From assembly GCA_040220235.1 (NCBI GenBank), contig JAVJTO010000132.1: 64,000 bases of DNA, one strand, 5' to 3'. The stretch comes from Coleofasciculus sp. B1-GNL1-01 (lineage in GTDB: Bacteria > Cyanobacteriota > Cyanobacteriia > Cyanobacteriales > Coleofasciculaceae). Under the pieces are notes generated by a model that was not told the DNA's origin, searched no databases, and saw nothing but the letters and a program-made list of their open reading frames with translations. Numbering within the stretch: position 1 is the first letter of the stretch; every line of letters begins with the position of its first letter. Below are positions 18,146-29,167 of the stretch, one piece after another. The position numbers were made by a program, and so were the translations under genes.

Positions 18146-18356
18146 AATAGCAAGTCTTTTCCGACTGGTTAAATACAGAAAATTGAGCCGATACGAGTCT
18201 ATCTAATGTCCTCCTGCTCGAATCCCTGTCAGCAAAAGTAATCAGATAGACGTTGACGGCTCAGGGTATCCTAGAGAGCTGATCAAATTCACGATCAATC
18301 ATAATCATCAGGGAGACGATGGCGCTCTCCAGGATAGAAGACAGCGCCACAGGGAT

Positions 18357-18452
18357 CTACTTTTCAATCCGAGGCGGTTCCCGGAACGCGATCGCAAAAA
18401 ACAGAACGCCTAGAGCGCCAATCAAAACAAAGATATAAATGAGGCTTTCCAT
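18357..18452 (-). CDS. psbT: Photosystem II reaction centre protein T (missed by ORF track)
   Basis: Translates [31 protein letters not shown]; directly downstream of psbB. Confidence 0.95.
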   Translation of the reverse strand: MESLIYIFVLIGALGVLFFAIAFREPPRIEK

Positions 18453-18521
18453 TTCACAACTTACCCAATTATCTGCTGTACTACCAGTTTACCTTGCTCA
18501 GTCAACCACAATAGCGAAAGA

Positions 18522-18551
18522 GGCAAAAGAAAAATTAATTTTTCTTTTGCC
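18522..18551. terminator. Perfect 30-bp palindrome between psbB and psbT (terminator/processing hairpin)
   Basis: GGCAAAAGAAAAATTAATTTTTCTTTTGCC. Confidence 0.5.
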
Positions 18552-18564
18552 CTCCATGATTAGG

Positions 18565-18592
18565 GTAGAGACGCGCCATGGCGCGTCTCTAC
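18565..18592. repeat. REP-like palindrome, GTAGAGACG family (also 25641-25668, 31394-31420)
   Basis: GTAGAGACGCGCCATGGCGCGTCTCTAC perfect palindrome just 3' of psbB. Confidence 0.85.
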
Positions 18593-18611
18593 GAGTAGGG
18601 GTCTGCAATGT

Positions 18612-20141
18612 TTAGACCGCTTCTTTTTTCCGAGTGGTCTTATCACCCACTTTCTGGAACAGACCGAATTCGACTTGTTCGTCTAGGTCAGGATCAACCC
18701 CAGCAAATACATCTCGGAACAGAGTCCGGGAACCATGCCAGATATGACCAAAGAAGAACAACAGAGCAAATACCGCATGACCGAAGGTGAACCAACCCCG
18801 TGGGCTTGTACGGAATACCCCGTCGGAGTTTAAGGTTTCACGATCAAATTCAAACGGTTCACCCAATTGAGCTTTACGGGCATACTGCTTAACAGTAGCG
18901 GGATCTTCAATGGTTTGACCATCCAAAAGACCGCCGTAGAATGTCGCGGTAACACCAGTTTGCTCAAAGCTATATTTTGATTCAGCCCGTCGGAAGGGGA
19001 TGTCCGCCCGCACAACACCATTGGCATCAGTTAAGACAACGGGGAAGGTTTCAAAGAAGTTGGGCATACGGCGCACTGTCAATTCCCGACCTTCGCCATC
19101 AGTAAATACTGGATGACCTAACCAAGCTTCGGCAATACCATCACCCTTATCCATCGGACCAGTGCGGAACAAACCGCCCTTAGCCGGAGAGTTGCCAATA
19201 TAGTCGTAGAACGCCAGCTTCTCCGGAATCTGATTCCACGCCTCTGAGGGGCTGGCTCCGTCTGCCATCGCCATTTCCACACGGCGATCAATTTCTTCCT
19301 GGAAATAGCCTTGATCCCATTGGTATCGGGTTGGACCAAACAGTTCAATCGGCGTAGCCGCAGAACCGTACCACATTGTACCCGCCACCACGAACGCCGC
19401 AAAGAATACAGCGGCAATACTGCTAGAGAGTACTGTTTCGATATTCCCCATCCGCAACGCTTTAAACAGTCGCTCTGGGGGTCGAACCGTTAAGTGAAAT
19501 AACCCAGCAATAATTCCGACAATACCCGCAGCGATATGATGAGCAACGATACCGCCTGGGTTAAAGGGGTTAAATCCTTCTGGACCCCAGGCTGGGGCTA
19601 CAGGTTGAACGCTACCCGTTAGACCATAGGGATCAGACACCCACATTCCTGGACCAAACAGTCCAGTCTGGTGAAACGCACCAAAGCCAAAGCAGAGAAG
19701 ACCAGACAAGAACAGGTGAATGCCAAACATTTTTGGCAAATCCAGCGCCGGTTCACCCGTGCGAGGATCTCTAAACAGTTCTAAGTCCCAGTAAACCCAA
19801 TGCCAGCAGGCGGCTAAGAACAACAGACCTGCCAGAACAATGTGAGCAGCGGCGACGCCTTCAAATGACCAAAAGCCGACATCTGTCGCTGTTTCGCCAC
19901 TAATACTCCAACCCCGCCAGGATTCAGTGACCCCTAAACGCGCCATGAACGGCATCACGAACATTCCTTGACGCCACATGGGATTGAGGACTGGATCACT
20001 CGGATCAAATGTGGCTAGTTCGTATAGAGCCATCGAACCAGCCCAGCCTGCCACAAGGGCAGTGTGCATCAAATGCACGGCAATCAGACGCCCTGGATCA
20101 TTCAGGACGACTGTATGTACTCGATACCACGGTAGTCCCAT
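18612..20141 (-). CDS. psbB: Photosystem II CP47
   Basis: [19 protein letters not shown]...FQKVGD; 509 aa. Confidence 0.99.
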   Translation of the reverse strand: MGLPWYRVHTVVLNDPGRLIAVHLMHTALVAGWAGSMALYELATFDPSDPVLNPMWRQGMFVMPFMARLGVTESWRGWSISGETATDVGFWSFEGVAAAHIVLAGLLFLAACWHWVYWDLELFRDPRTGEPALDLPKMFGIHLFLSGLLCFGFGAFHQTGLFGPGMWVSDPYGLTGSVQPVAPAWGPEGFNPFNPGGIVAHHIAAGIVGIIAGLFHLTVRPPERLFKALRMGNIETVLSSSIAAVFFAAFVVAGTMWYGSAATPIELFGPTRYQWDQGYFQEEIDRRVEMAMADGASPSEAWNQIPEKLAFYDYIGNSPAKGGLFRTGPMDKGDGIAEAWLGHPVFTDGEGRELTVRRMPNFFETFPVVLTDANGVVRADIPFRRAESKYSFEQTGVTATFYGGLLDGQTIEDPATVKQYARKAQLGEPFEFDRETLNSDGVFRTSPRGWFTFGHAVFALLFFFGHIWHGSRTLFRDVFAGVDPDLDEQVEFGLFQKVGDKTTRKKEAV

Positions 20142-20392
20142 CGACTACGCTCCTCCTAGAGATAGAGTTTCTACTTTGACGCTTCTTTTGCTAAAGATGT
20201 TAGAAATTGATCTTACCCGCCTAAAAGCGTGAACTGATGACCTTTTCCGGTTATCCTTCATGTTCTAAACAGCTAGGCGGGTTAGTCTTGACTTTAAAGA
20301 AGTGTAACTTTTGTTAGAAACGATTGCAAGCAGGGGGAAAGTTTTGAGTGTTGACCCTTCACGACCTTCGAGGGCATGGCGCGTGATGTTAA

Positions 20393-20446
20393 CTCCCCCA
20401 TCTCCCTCATCTCCCCCATCTCCCTCATCTCCTTCATCTCCCCCAT
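20393..20446. repeat. 9-nt tandem repeat (CTCCCCCAT-like)
   Basis: About 6 degenerate units upstream of psbB. Confidence 0.7.
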
Positions 20447-20471
20447 TCCGAGAGCTACGCGATCGTTTAAA

Positions 20472-20807
20472 TTACCCATCGCTAGTTTCTGAGGAGAGAT
20501 TCAAAACACTCGGCGCTGTGGTCAATCGCTCAACCACTTGTTCTGCACTCATTAAGCGTTTGAGGACAACTTGACCAATAGTTTTTGCGGATTGGGGTGA
20601 AGCATCCGGTGTCGGTTTAACTTCTACCATCAACACCGCATCCTCAACCCGATATAGCCATAACTTTTCCCCCTGTTCCAAGATGCAAAGGTTGAGGCGG
20701 ATGATTTCGGGTTCCCGTCGCCAAGCATTGATATTCCAAAGTCCTCCAAACTCCCACACTCGTCCCACAGTCCAGCCATCGGATAGAAAAAAGTACTTTA
20801 CAGACAT
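20472..20807 (-). CDS. Conserved cyanobacterial hypothetical protein
   Basis: 111-aa ORF with protein-like composition (YFFLSDGW..GRVWEFGGLW...IGQVVLKRL). Confidence 0.7.
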   Translation of the reverse strand: MSVKYFFLSDGWTVGRVWEFGGLWNINAWRREPEIIRLNLCILEQGEKLWLYRVEDAVLMVEVKPTPDASPQSAKTIGQVVLKRLMSAEQVVERLTTAPSVLNLSSETSDG

Positions 20808-21185
20808 TTGTATTACATTACACTGTAGAATTTGTGTTCTAGTGCATCATGGCAAAAGTTGTTTTTTTGTTTCAGTCTGTATTGATGATAAGGGAGATGG
20901 GGCAGATCAGGCAGGTTAGTTCGATCAGGGGAAATGGGGGAGATAGGCACAGATGGGGGAGATCAGGACGGGTTTGACCAAATTAATAGCCAATCGGGAG
21001 TTAGACACAATTAAAGTTAAGCGTGAGGACAAGGGAACAGGTAAAGGAGAACAGGTAACCGGAACAAGAGACTTGTGAAGTTTTACAATTCTTAACTCAG
21101 GTAACAAAATTTAAAATTTGTGTCCAGGTACTTGGCTTTCCCATTTTCAAGCATGATTAAATCAGAATAGCTTGGAGGTTGGGCA

Positions 21186-22373
21186 ATGAGTCTGGGTAAA
21201 TGGATTGGCATACTTGTCTTTATTATTTCACTATTTATTTTGTGGCAGATTCGGCAAATACTGATGCTAATTTTTGCCGCAATTGTCATATCCAATGCCT
21301 TGAATATTCTGGTAGAACGATTTCAGCGATCTGGAATGCAGCGATTTTTTGCAGTTCTGCTGTCGCTTTTTCTCCTCCTGTGCATTTTGGTCGGATTTTA
21401 CTTCCTAATTGTCCCTCCTTTTGCCGAACAATTTTTACAACTGAGTGAGTTAGTTCCTCAGGGTATTGAACAATTAAACGAGTGGATAGAAGCTTTAGAA
21501 GCAGATATTTCCTCGGGATTAGTCGATCAGTATATCCCAGACATTAACCAATTGCTGCAACAGCTTCCTCCCTTGATAAATCGGGTATTAGGGGGCGGAT
21601 TCACGTTTTTCAATAATGCTTTGGGTGTCCTCCTGAATAGTTTGCTTGTTCTGGTATTAACACTGATGCTTCTTGCCGACCCTGACCCTTACCGGAAAAG
21701 CTTTGTTCGCCTTTTCCCGTCATTCTATCGGCGTCGAGTTGATCAGATTTTGCAGCGGTGTAATGAATCGTTACGGGGATGGCTAGCCGGTATTCTGTTT
21801 AACATGGCAGTCATTGCGTTATTAAGTTTTTTCGGCTTACTGCTGTTGGGAATTCCCCTGGCACTGGCACAAGCTACGTTGGCAGGGATTTTAACATTTA
21901 TTCCTAATCTTGGACCCGTCGTGAGTGTGATCCCACCTATTGCGATCGCGCTGCTAGATTCGCCCTGGAAAGCCATTGCTGTATTGATTCTATATATTGT
22001 GATTCAGCAGGTTGAAAGTAATTTACTCACGCCTTTAGTCATGGCGCAACAGGTATCCCTGCTACCCGCTATAACATTGCTTGCCCAGTTGTTTTTTGTC
22101 ACCTTCTTTGGATTTTTAGGGTTATTGTTAGCCCTTCCCCTAACAGTAGTGGCTCAGGTTTGGCTCAAGGAGGTTCTCGTCCACGATATTCTTGACGAAT
22201 GGCGTCATCCGAGTCATAAGGATGCTCAACCTGTGGCAACAACGTTTGCTGTCTCTCCCACTGCTGATATGGTAAGGGATGAGGGAGATGAGGGAGATGA
22301 GGGAGATGAGGGAGCTGGGGAAGCTGGGGGAGCTGGGGGAGCTGGGGGAGCTAGGGAAGAGGATGACCAATGA
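21186..22373 (+). CDS. AI-2E family transporter
   Basis: TM pattern, FIPNLGP, IQQVESNLLTP; C-terminus made of 9-nt repeats. Confidence 0.85.
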   Translation: MSLGKWIGILVFIISLFILWQIRQILMLIFAAIVISNALNILVERFQRSGMQRFFAVLLSLFLLLCILVGFYFLIVPPFAEQFLQLSELVPQGIEQLNEWIEALEADISSGLVDQYIPDINQLLQQLPPLINRVLGGGFTFFNNALGVLLNSLLVLVLTLMLLADPDPYRKSFVRLFPSFYRRRVDQILQRCNESLRGWLAGILFNMAVIALLSFFGLLLLGIPLALAQATLAGILTFIPNLGPVVSVIPPIAIALLDSPWKAIAVLILYIVIQQVESNLLTPLVMAQQVSLLPAITLLAQLFFVTFFGFLGLLLALPLTVVAQVWLKEVLVHDILDEWRHPSHKDAQPVATTFAVSPTADMVRDEGDEGDEGDEGAGEAGGAGGAGGAREEDDQ

Positions 22374-22418
22374 ACCATGAACAATCAACAATAAACCATG
22401 ACCAATGACGAATAACAA
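22278..22418 (+). repeat. 9-nt repeats (GATGAGGGA, GCTGGGGGA) followed by STRR heptamers (TGACCAA-like)
   Basis: Directly visible tandem units. Confidence 0.8.
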
Positions 22419-22427
22419 CTTTTTATC

Positions 22428-23627
22428 GTGCGAACCCTAGCTGAAATCAATGATAAAATTCACCATCGTCGTGCAGTCGTCTGGACGGTCGAGGAATTAA
22501 AAGCGCAAGTCGCCGATATCGGTGTCACCCAGGCGGCTAAGAATGTCGATGTGATTACCACAGGTACATTTGAGCCAATGGAGTCATCGGGCGCGATTAT
22601 TAATTTAGGTCACACAGACCCCCCGATTAAGATTCGTAAATGCTGGTTAGATGGTGTACCTGCTTATGCTGGCTTTGGTGCGGTGGATTTGTATTTAGGC
22701 GCGACTCAAGTTGTGGACTCTACCGATATGGGAGATCTGCCAGAGATCGAGGAATCTAGAGAACGGGGTGGTTCTCATGTCATTGAAGACTTGATTGCCG
22801 GTAAACCCGTGCAATTGCGGGCGATTGGACAGATGACTGACTGTTATCCTAGAGCCTCTTGTGATACGACGATTACTCGTGAAACGATTAACCAGTTCTA
22901 TCTCTACAATCCACGCAATCTCTATCAAAATTTTATCGTCGGCGTCAATGGGGGCGATCGCCTCTTGTACACGTATCTTGGTCCACTCCAGCCCAGATTA
23001 GGCAATGCAGTCTACTCCAATCCGGGAGCAATTTCCCCACTCCTGAATGATCCCGAACTGAAAGTGATTGGGATTGGTACGCAAATTTTCTTGGGTGGGG
23101 GTATTGGGTACATCGCTTGGGAAGGAACTCAGCATTTTCCCCTCCAGAAACGCTTACCCAATCATACCCCCATTGGTCCAGCCGCTACATTGGCGTTAAT
23201 TGGAGATGCCAAGCAGATGAATCCCAAGTGGGTACGGGGGTGCTACTTTAAAAATTATGGTCCGTCTCTGATGTTGGGCGTGGGTGTACCCTTACCTGTC
23301 TTGAGTGAAGAGGTGGTTCAGCATTGTGCTGTATCGGATCAAGATATTGTCGCCCCAGTGGTTGATTTCTCGATTCCCCGTCGCGTTCGTCCTACCTTCG
23401 GATTAGTCAGCTATGCCCAGTTGAAGCAGGGGCGCATTACTATTGACGGCAACTCTGTGCGGACAGCACCTTTGGCAAGTGTATTTCGGTCACGGCAAGT
23501 TGCTTTGGAATTAAAGCAATGGATTGAACGGGGCGAGTTTACGCTCACCGAACCCGTGGCATCCATTCCCATGGATCGTTCCTTTCTGCCTCAAGACCGC
23601 TGGGGTTCTCAACTGAGTATAGAGTAA
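22428..23627 (+). CDS. Homocysteine biosynthesis protein (DUF39 family)
   Basis: MRTLAEIN.KI, DVITTGTFEPM.SSGA, AVDLYLGAT, NPRNLYQN, GIGTQIFLGG, GDAKQM. Confidence 0.8.
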   Translation: MRTLAEINDKIHHRRAVVWTVEELKAQVADIGVTQAAKNVDVITTGTFEPMESSGAIINLGHTDPPIKIRKCWLDGVPAYAGFGAVDLYLGATQVVDSTDMGDLPEIEESRERGGSHVIEDLIAGKPVQLRAIGQMTDCYPRASCDTTITRETINQFYLYNPRNLYQNFIVGVNGGDRLLYTYLGPLQPRLGNAVYSNPGAISPLLNDPELKVIGIGTQIFLGGGIGYIAWEGTQHFPLQKRLPNHTPIGPAATLALIGDAKQMNPKWVRGCYFKNYGPSLMLGVGVPLPVLSEEVVQHCAVSDQDIVAPVVDFSIPRRVRPTFGLVSYAQLKQGRITIDGNSVRTAPLASVFRSRQVALELKQWIERGEFTLTEPVASIPMDRSFLPQDRWGSQLSIE

Positions 23628-23660
23628 GCTAATCCCACAACTTGAGGTCGTGGGATTAGC
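23628..23660. terminator. Hairpin between convergent genes
   Basis: GCTAATCCCAC...GTGGGATTAGC immediately after the stop codon. Confidence 0.6.
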
Positions 23661-23808
23661 AGTCATCTGTCATCTGTCATTTGTCCTTTGTTATATTAAC
23701 ACTTTATTGTGAATTCCTCATAGCCGCCCCTAACTACTGCTTCTACTTCATCAGTGAAGCGCAGGATGGGCGGCGGAATCAGGCTCACGTCCTAATCAGG
23801 AATCCCGC

Positions 23809-24891
23809 TTAGGAATTATCTTTACCTGGCTTGTCCTTACGTTGAACGGGTTTGGATAAGGGTTCTGAACGCTTGGGTGAGGTTCTTTTTCCTGTTGTCG
23901 AACGATCTTCGCCCGAACCACGACGGGGAAAACTCTTTTTAGGTCTTGACCCTTTGCGTGAACGAAACTTATTTGATCGCCTTTTGGGTGCATGAACAAT
24001 ACCAATATCATTTCCTGCCTCAATCATCAGGGTATTGGTATGCAGTTTGACGTGCAAATCCCAAAAGTGATTAATTACCTTTTCCCCTAGCAATCCCTTG
24101 AGCTGAAGCTTGAAAAATTTGGTTTTCTCTGATTCTCTGCGGGGAGACTGCTTGATTTTGACAATAACGTCTTCATTCTCCCGCGACTGGTAGATGACTT
24201 GACCCCGAATTGAAAAATAACCTTCTGGTAATTGCTCAGTTGGTTCAGGTTGAGGATGATCTGGAGACGTTTGTGCCTCAGGGGTTGACTCTTCCGGTGG
24301 CGAGTCGGTTGATTCTGAAGCCGTTGTTTGATCTTGATTGAGTGTTTCCGGTTCCCAAACACCGACAATTTGGACGTGCAAATTTCCGTCTTGTTGTCTC
24401 GTGCGAGGGTAAACTACCCAAAGATGGGATAGAGCTAAATCGAGATGGTTTTTCACCAAACTCATGACCCGACCCAGTAAGACGGCATCAATTAAGGTAC
24501 CGTCATCTGCTAATAGAGTACCCCTTGTCAATTGCTCTTGAGAGGGCATATATTTTCCCCGAATCAGCCCGATTGCTCGGTACTGCATGGGTTCACTGGG
24601 CGGAGGAATGGGTTGTTGTCGTTGGACATCTGATGGCATTGTCCCGGTTGAATCCGTTGTAGTAGATGAGTTAGTCACGTTTTGAGAATTGCCATTGGGT
24701 GGGGCTGAGTGTGGCGGTTGCACACTGGATGCTTCTGGCAGATTTTCACCAGAAGACTGGGGTGAGTCGGTAGACCGATTCACAGAAGGACTCATATAAC
24801 CTCCTAGCGGCGGAGACACATTCCCTTGTGGGAGATTTGGACTGACTGCTTGAATTTTAGTTTGTTCAACATCCTTACTGGAGTGGTGCAA
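23809..24891 (-). CDS. Conserved cyanobacterial hypothetical protein (start uncertain)
   Basis: Long ORF; core PIPPPSEPMQYRAIG...HLWVVYPRT flanked by low-complexity regions. Confidence 0.7.
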   Translation of the reverse strand: MHHSSKDVEQTKIQAVSPNLPQGNVSPPLGGYMSPSVNRSTDSPQSSGENLPEASSVQPPHSAPPNGNSQNVTNSSTTTDSTGTMPSDVQRQQPIPPPSEPMQYRAIGLIRGKYMPSQEQLTRGTLLADDGTLIDAVLLGRVMSLVKNHLDLALSHLWVVYPRTRQQDGNLHVQIVGVWEPETLNQDQTTASESTDSPPEESTPEAQTSPDHPQPEPTEQLPEGYFSIRGQVIYQSRENEDVIVKIKQSPRRESEKTKFFKLQLKGLLGEKVINHFWDLHVKLHTNTLMIEAGNDIGIVHAPKRRSNKFRSRKGSRPKKSFPRRGSGEDRSTTGKRTSPKRSEPLSKPVQRKDKPGKDNS

Positions 24892-25119
24892 TAGCTAGAA
24901 TGACTCTCCTAGCTATGTTTTCACCGAAAATTAACAAAGTAAGGAAACTCAGTATCAGTCTGCCCATTTTACAAAATGCAGTCATAAGACTGGTACATCC
25001 GCAAAGTTTATGGAATCTTTACTCGCAGCAATCTGCACTCTATTCAAATTTTGGCGAGAAAATAGGGGAGTGGTGATAAATCTGAGTAATCCATTACACA
25101 ATAGTTAAGAGGACAAGAG

Positions 25120-25590
25120 ATGAGTGAATCCTCCATCAATTCCTTACTGGAGAATCTAAAAAACCCTGATGAAAACGTCCGCAAGCAGGCAACCGAAGAA
25201 CTCTGGCGTATCTGGTTCTATCAAAAGGGCATCTCTGGCATGGAACGGCTAGGGCGGACACAGATTTTATTAGAACGTGGGGAAACAGCCCAAGCTGAAG
25301 CACTGCTGACCCAGATTATTAGAGAGCAACCTGATTTTGCTGAAGCTTGGAATCGACGAGCCGTTCTTTACTACCTACTTAAACAGTATCAAAAGTCAAG
25401 GGACGATTGTCAGCAGGTTGTCCGACTCAATCCCATTCATTTTGGAGCGCTGCATGGTTTGGGATTGTGTTATATGGCGTTGGGAGATTATCAAGCGGCA
25501 ATTACAGCCTTTCGCAGGGCGTTGGACATTCAACCCTATTCTTTAATTAATCAAAAGTTTATTCTTGAATGCACGGCGCAGTTGAGTTAG
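25120..25590 (+). CDS. TPR-repeat protein
   Basis: PDFAEAWNRRA, LNPIHFGALHGLG, AFRRALDIQP. Confidence 0.85.
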   Translation: MSESSINSLLENLKNPDENVRKQATEELWRIWFYQKGISGMERLGRTQILLERGETAQAEALLTQIIREQPDFAEAWNRRAVLYYLLKQYQKSRDDCQQVVRLNPIHFGALHGLGLCYMALGDYQAAITAFRRALDIQPYSLINQKFILECTAQLS

Positions 25591-25685
25591 GGGGTATGAG
25601 CAGATGGGGAAGATGGGGGAGATGGGGGAGATGGGGATGTGTAGAGACGTAGCATGCTACGTCTCTACAGTGAGTTGAGGTAAAT

Positions 25686-26711
25686 TTGGTGAACATCAAT
25701 CAACCTAGTCCCTTACAACCAGGTAATTTGCTCCGGGTGATTGCTCCGAGTGGGGCGTTACGAGAGATTGACGCCTTCTATCAGGGAGTAGAAATTTGGC
25801 GTCGCCGAGGTTATCGGGTTGAATTACCAACCAATTGGGATGCTAGAGAGGGTTACCTGGCGGGTACAGATGACCAACGACGCCAGCAGTTAGCCACCGC
25901 TTGGTATGACCCAGACTGTCGGGGGATTCTTTGTATCCGAGGTGGCTATGGTAGCGCCCGTCTTCTGGAAGATTGGACATGGAGATTGAGCAGGGGAGTA
26001 GGGGGAGCTGGGGGAGCTGGGGGAGCTGGGGGAGCTGGGGAAGCTGGGGGAGCTGGGGGAGCTGGGGGAGCTGGGGGAGATAAAATTAGAGCTGATGAGA
26101 GTCTTGAGGCAAAATCCCATAGTCCCAAATGGCTGATTGGGTTTTCTGATATTACCTGTCTCCTCTGGAGTCTAGCTGGAGGGGAAATTGGCAGTGTTCA
26201 TGGTCCAGTCTTAACCACATTAGCCAATGAACCGGAATGGTCGCTGAATCGCTTATTTGACTGTGTAGAAGGACGCCCTCTGTCTCCTTTATCTGGGAAA
26301 GGTTGGGGCGGGGGTAAGGTTAAGGGGTGGCTTTTGCCAGGAAATCTGACTGTGGCAACTCATTTACTAGGTACGCCGATTCTACCACCGCTAGATGGGG
26401 CAATTCTGGCGTTAGAGGATGTGACAGAAGCGCCTTATCGAATTGACCGCCTGTTGACCCAGTGGCGGATGAGTGGCATTTTACAGAAGGTTAAGGGTAT
26501 TGCCTTGGGACGGTTTAGCCGCTGTCATCCTCCCCAGAATGTGCCAAGTTGGACGGTTGAAGAGGTGTTACGCGATCGCTTAATGGATCTCGATATTCCC
26601 ATTGTCTCCGAGTTACCCTTTGGTCACGATGGGGTCAACGCCGCTTTGCCTGTGGGATGCAAGGTGGAACTAGATGGGGATCAGGGAACATTATGTTGGA
26701 AAACTTCATAA
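25686..26711 (+). CDS. LD-carboxypeptidase (peptidase S66) with in-frame Gly/Ala repeat insertion
   Basis: IAPSG, RGGYGS, IGFSDIT, LEDVTE, FGH catalytic motifs. Confidence 0.9.
   Translation: MVNINQPSPLQPGNLLRVIAPSGALREIDAFYQGVEIWRRRGYRVELPTNWDAREGYLAGTDDQRRQQLATAWYDPDCRGILCIRGGYGSARLLEDWTWRLSRGVGGAGGAGGAGGAGEAGGAGGAGGAGGDKIRADESLEAKSHSPKWLIGFSDITCLLWSLAGGEIGSVHGPVLTTLANEPEWSLNRLFDCVEGRPLSPLSGKGWGGGKVKGWLLPGNLTVATHLLGTPILPPLDGAILALEDVTEAPYRIDRLLTQWRMSGILQKVKGIALGRFSRCHPPQNVPSWTVEEVLRDRLMDLDIPIVSELPFGHDGVNAALPVGCKVELDGDQGTLCWKTS
26001..26078 (+). repeat. (GGGGGAGCT)n tandem repeat inside CDS
   Basis: 8 full units plus a partial one, encoding GGA repeats. Confidence 0.95.
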
Positions 26712-26776
26712 ATAATTCTCAACCAGGAATGGTAAGCTAACAGAGCGCTGAAAACTTTGTATAGGGTAGGTCTAGT

Positions 26777-27838
26777 ATGGCTGGGTTAACCCAGGTTCCT
26801 TATTTATTACGAGCCGCTCGTGGTGAAAAATTAGAACGTCCGCCTGTGTGGATGATGCGACAGGCGGGTCGATATATGAAAGCCTATCGGGATTTACGCG
26901 ATAAGTATCCCAGTTTCCGGGAACGCTCCGAAATTCCCGAAATTGCTATTGAAATTTCTCTCCAACCCTGGAAGGCGTTTCGTCCCGATGGGGTGATTCT
27001 GTTTTCTGATATCCTCACGCCTCTACCCGGAGTCGGTATTCCCTTTGATATTGTTGAAAGCAAAGGTCCGATTATAGATCCGCCAATTCGCTCCCAAGCA
27101 CAAATTGACGGGCTTCATCCCTTAGAGTTAGAAAAATTAACATTTGTCGGGGAGATATTACAAGCGCTGCGCCGGGAAGTCGGGAACGAAGCCGCTGTCT
27201 TAGGTTTTGTCGGTGCGCCTTGGACATTAGCTGCTTATGCGATTGAGGGCAAAAGTTCCAAGAATTACTCGATTATTAAAGGGATGGCATTTTCCCAACC
27301 CGCCATGCTGCACGAGTTTCTGGGGAAAATAGCTGATGCGATCGCGGTTTATGTGCGCTATCAAATTGATAATGGTGCCCAAGTTGTGCAACTGTTCGAT
27401 TCCTGGGCGGGTCAACTAAGTCCCCAAGACTACGATACCTTTGCCTTGCCCTATCAGCAGCGTGTGGTTGAGCAAGTAAAAGCCACCCATCCTGATACGC
27501 CTCTGATTTTATATATCAGTGGGAGTGCGGGTATCTTAGAGCGCATGGGTAAATCCGGTGTGGATATTATCAGCGTAGACTGGACAGTGGATATGGCAGA
27601 AGCGCGACAGCGGTTAGGCTATAAAATGAACGTTCAGGGAAACATGGACCCAGGGGTGCTATTTGGGTCACAGGATTTTATCCGCGATCGCATTTTGGAT
27701 ACAATTCGTAAAGCTGGGAACCGAGGTCATATCTTTAATTTGGGTCATGGTGTTTTACCGGGAACTCCAGAAGATAATGTCAGGTTCTTCTTTGAAACAG
27801 CGAAACAGGTTGATCAATTGTTGACTGTTCATGCGTAA
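26777..27838 (+). CDS. hemE: Uroporphyrinogen decarboxylase
   Basis: [38 protein letters not shown]. Confidence 0.97.
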   Translation: MAGLTQVPYLLRAARGEKLERPPVWMMRQAGRYMKAYRDLRDKYPSFRERSEIPEIAIEISLQPWKAFRPDGVILFSDILTPLPGVGIPFDIVESKGPIIDPPIRSQAQIDGLHPLELEKLTFVGEILQALRREVGNEAAVLGFVGAPWTLAAYAIEGKSSKNYSIIKGMAFSQPAMLHEFLGKIADAIAVYVRYQIDNGAQVVQLFDSWAGQLSPQDYDTFALPYQQRVVEQVKATHPDTPLILYISGSAGILERMGKSGVDIISVDWTVDMAEARQRLGYKMNVQGNMDPGVLFGSQDFIRDRILDTIRKAGNRGHIFNLGHGVLPGTPEDNVRFFFETAKQVDQLLTVHA

Positions 27839-28174
27839 GAGATTGGGGAACAGGGGATTGGGCGAAGCATTCGTGTTGGTATGTTGACCGAAAACCGAGA
27901 CATCGGGACACGAATGCGATAACCCCTACATCTGTTGGACATTGCGCGTCTGTAGGGGCGGGTTTATGGGTTTTCGTGTCGCTATTGATGATAACGTTTA
28001 TTCAAAACCCGCCCTTTCCAAAGGTAGAGGTAGGATTTCACTATTGTCGTTTTGTCCATCACCCAGATGTGACTCAACGGAATCTAGGGACCAATGTCCC
28101 TACTACAAGCCTAATATTTACATAATGTAATATCGGTTGAGTTAGGATCGGATTATCAAGAAATCTCAAATCAA

Positions 28175-29152
28175 ATGACTCCCAAGCGAATCTTTATGAC
28201 CGGTGCTAGTGGTTGCATCGGTCAATATGTCGCCGAAACCTTAATTCAACAAACAGATCACGAGTTGTATTTGTTGGTTAGAAATCCCGATAAATTAGGA
28301 TTTGACTACCATGCTCGTCCGGGTATTACGATTTGTCAAGCTGATTTACGGCAGATTGATCAATTTAGCGATTTGCTTAAAACTGTAGATGTAGCAATTT
28401 TGGCTGCAACGGCTTGGGGAGGAGTCCAGGAAGTTTTTGATATTAATGTGGTCAAAACCCTGCGATTGCTGGACTTGCTGGACACTCAACGTTGTCAACA
28501 AGTTATTTATTTTTCCACTGCTAGCATTCTCAATCAGCAGAACCAATTACTCAAACAAGCCGGTCAACTGGGAACCGACTATATCCGTTCCAAATACGAC
28601 TGTTTACAGCAACTCTCAAAACTCGCGATCGCGCCTAAAATTACTACAGTGTTTCCCACGTTGGTATTAGGGGGAGATGAGCGCAAACCTTACTCCCATA
28701 TTTCATCAGGGATTAAGGATGTGGTGAAATGGATGGACTTGATTCGTTGGTTCAAAGCCGATGGGAGTTTCCACTTTATGCACGCCCAGGATATCGCCCA
28801 GGTAGTGCTATATCTGGTTGATCATCCTCCTAGTCAGGAATTGACCACTAAAACGGGTGAAGTATTATCAACCAATCGCTTAGTCTTAGGAAATCCACGC
28901 CTCACTGTTAACCAGGCGGTAGAAGAAGTCTGTGCGTATTTAGGTAAAAAAATTTATGTTCGCGTCCCCTTATCGATTGGACTAGCGAATCTATTAATTA
29001 TCTTATTTCGGATTCAGATGGCGGCGTGGGATCGATTTTGCCTCAATTATCGCCATTTTAGTTATCAAAACCCAGTGAATCCCGATACATTCGGTTTACC
29101 CACGTACTGTGCCACCCTGAGTGACGTGTTGAAAATCAGTGGTCTTCCGTAG
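28175..29152 (+). CDS. NAD-dependent epimerase/dehydratase family protein
   Basis: MTGASGCIG, FSTAS, YIRSK. Confidence 0.8.
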   Translation: MTPKRIFMTGASGCIGQYVAETLIQQTDHELYLLVRNPDKLGFDYHARPGITICQADLRQIDQFSDLLKTVDVAILAATAWGGVQEVFDINVVKTLRLLDLLDTQRCQQVIYFSTASILNQQNQLLKQAGQLGTDYIRSKYDCLQQLSKLAIAPKITTVFPTLVLGGDERKPYSHISSGIKDVVKWMDLIRWFKADGSFHFMHAQDIAQVVLYLVDHPPSQELTTKTGEVLSTNRLVLGNPRLTVNQAVEEVCAYLGKKIYVRVPLSIGLANLLIILFRIQMAAWDRFCLNYRHFSYQNPVNPDTFGLPTYCATLSDVLKISGLP

Positions 29153-29167
29153 GAGCGCACCGACGTG

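Noticed and set aside
18184..18263. SRP (4.5S) RNA because of CAGG...AGCAG in a long hairpin
   Set aside because: Lacks the closing 3-bp stem and GNRA tetraloop between the motifs
16342..20141. psbB-psbT-nrdR-rps1 juxtaposition as unusual
   Set aside because: Known conserved cyanobacterial gene order
25890..26128. Antisense Pro/Ser-rich ORFs (also 20294-20574, 22140-22418)
   Set aside because: Stop-free artefacts of 9-nt repeats opposite real genes
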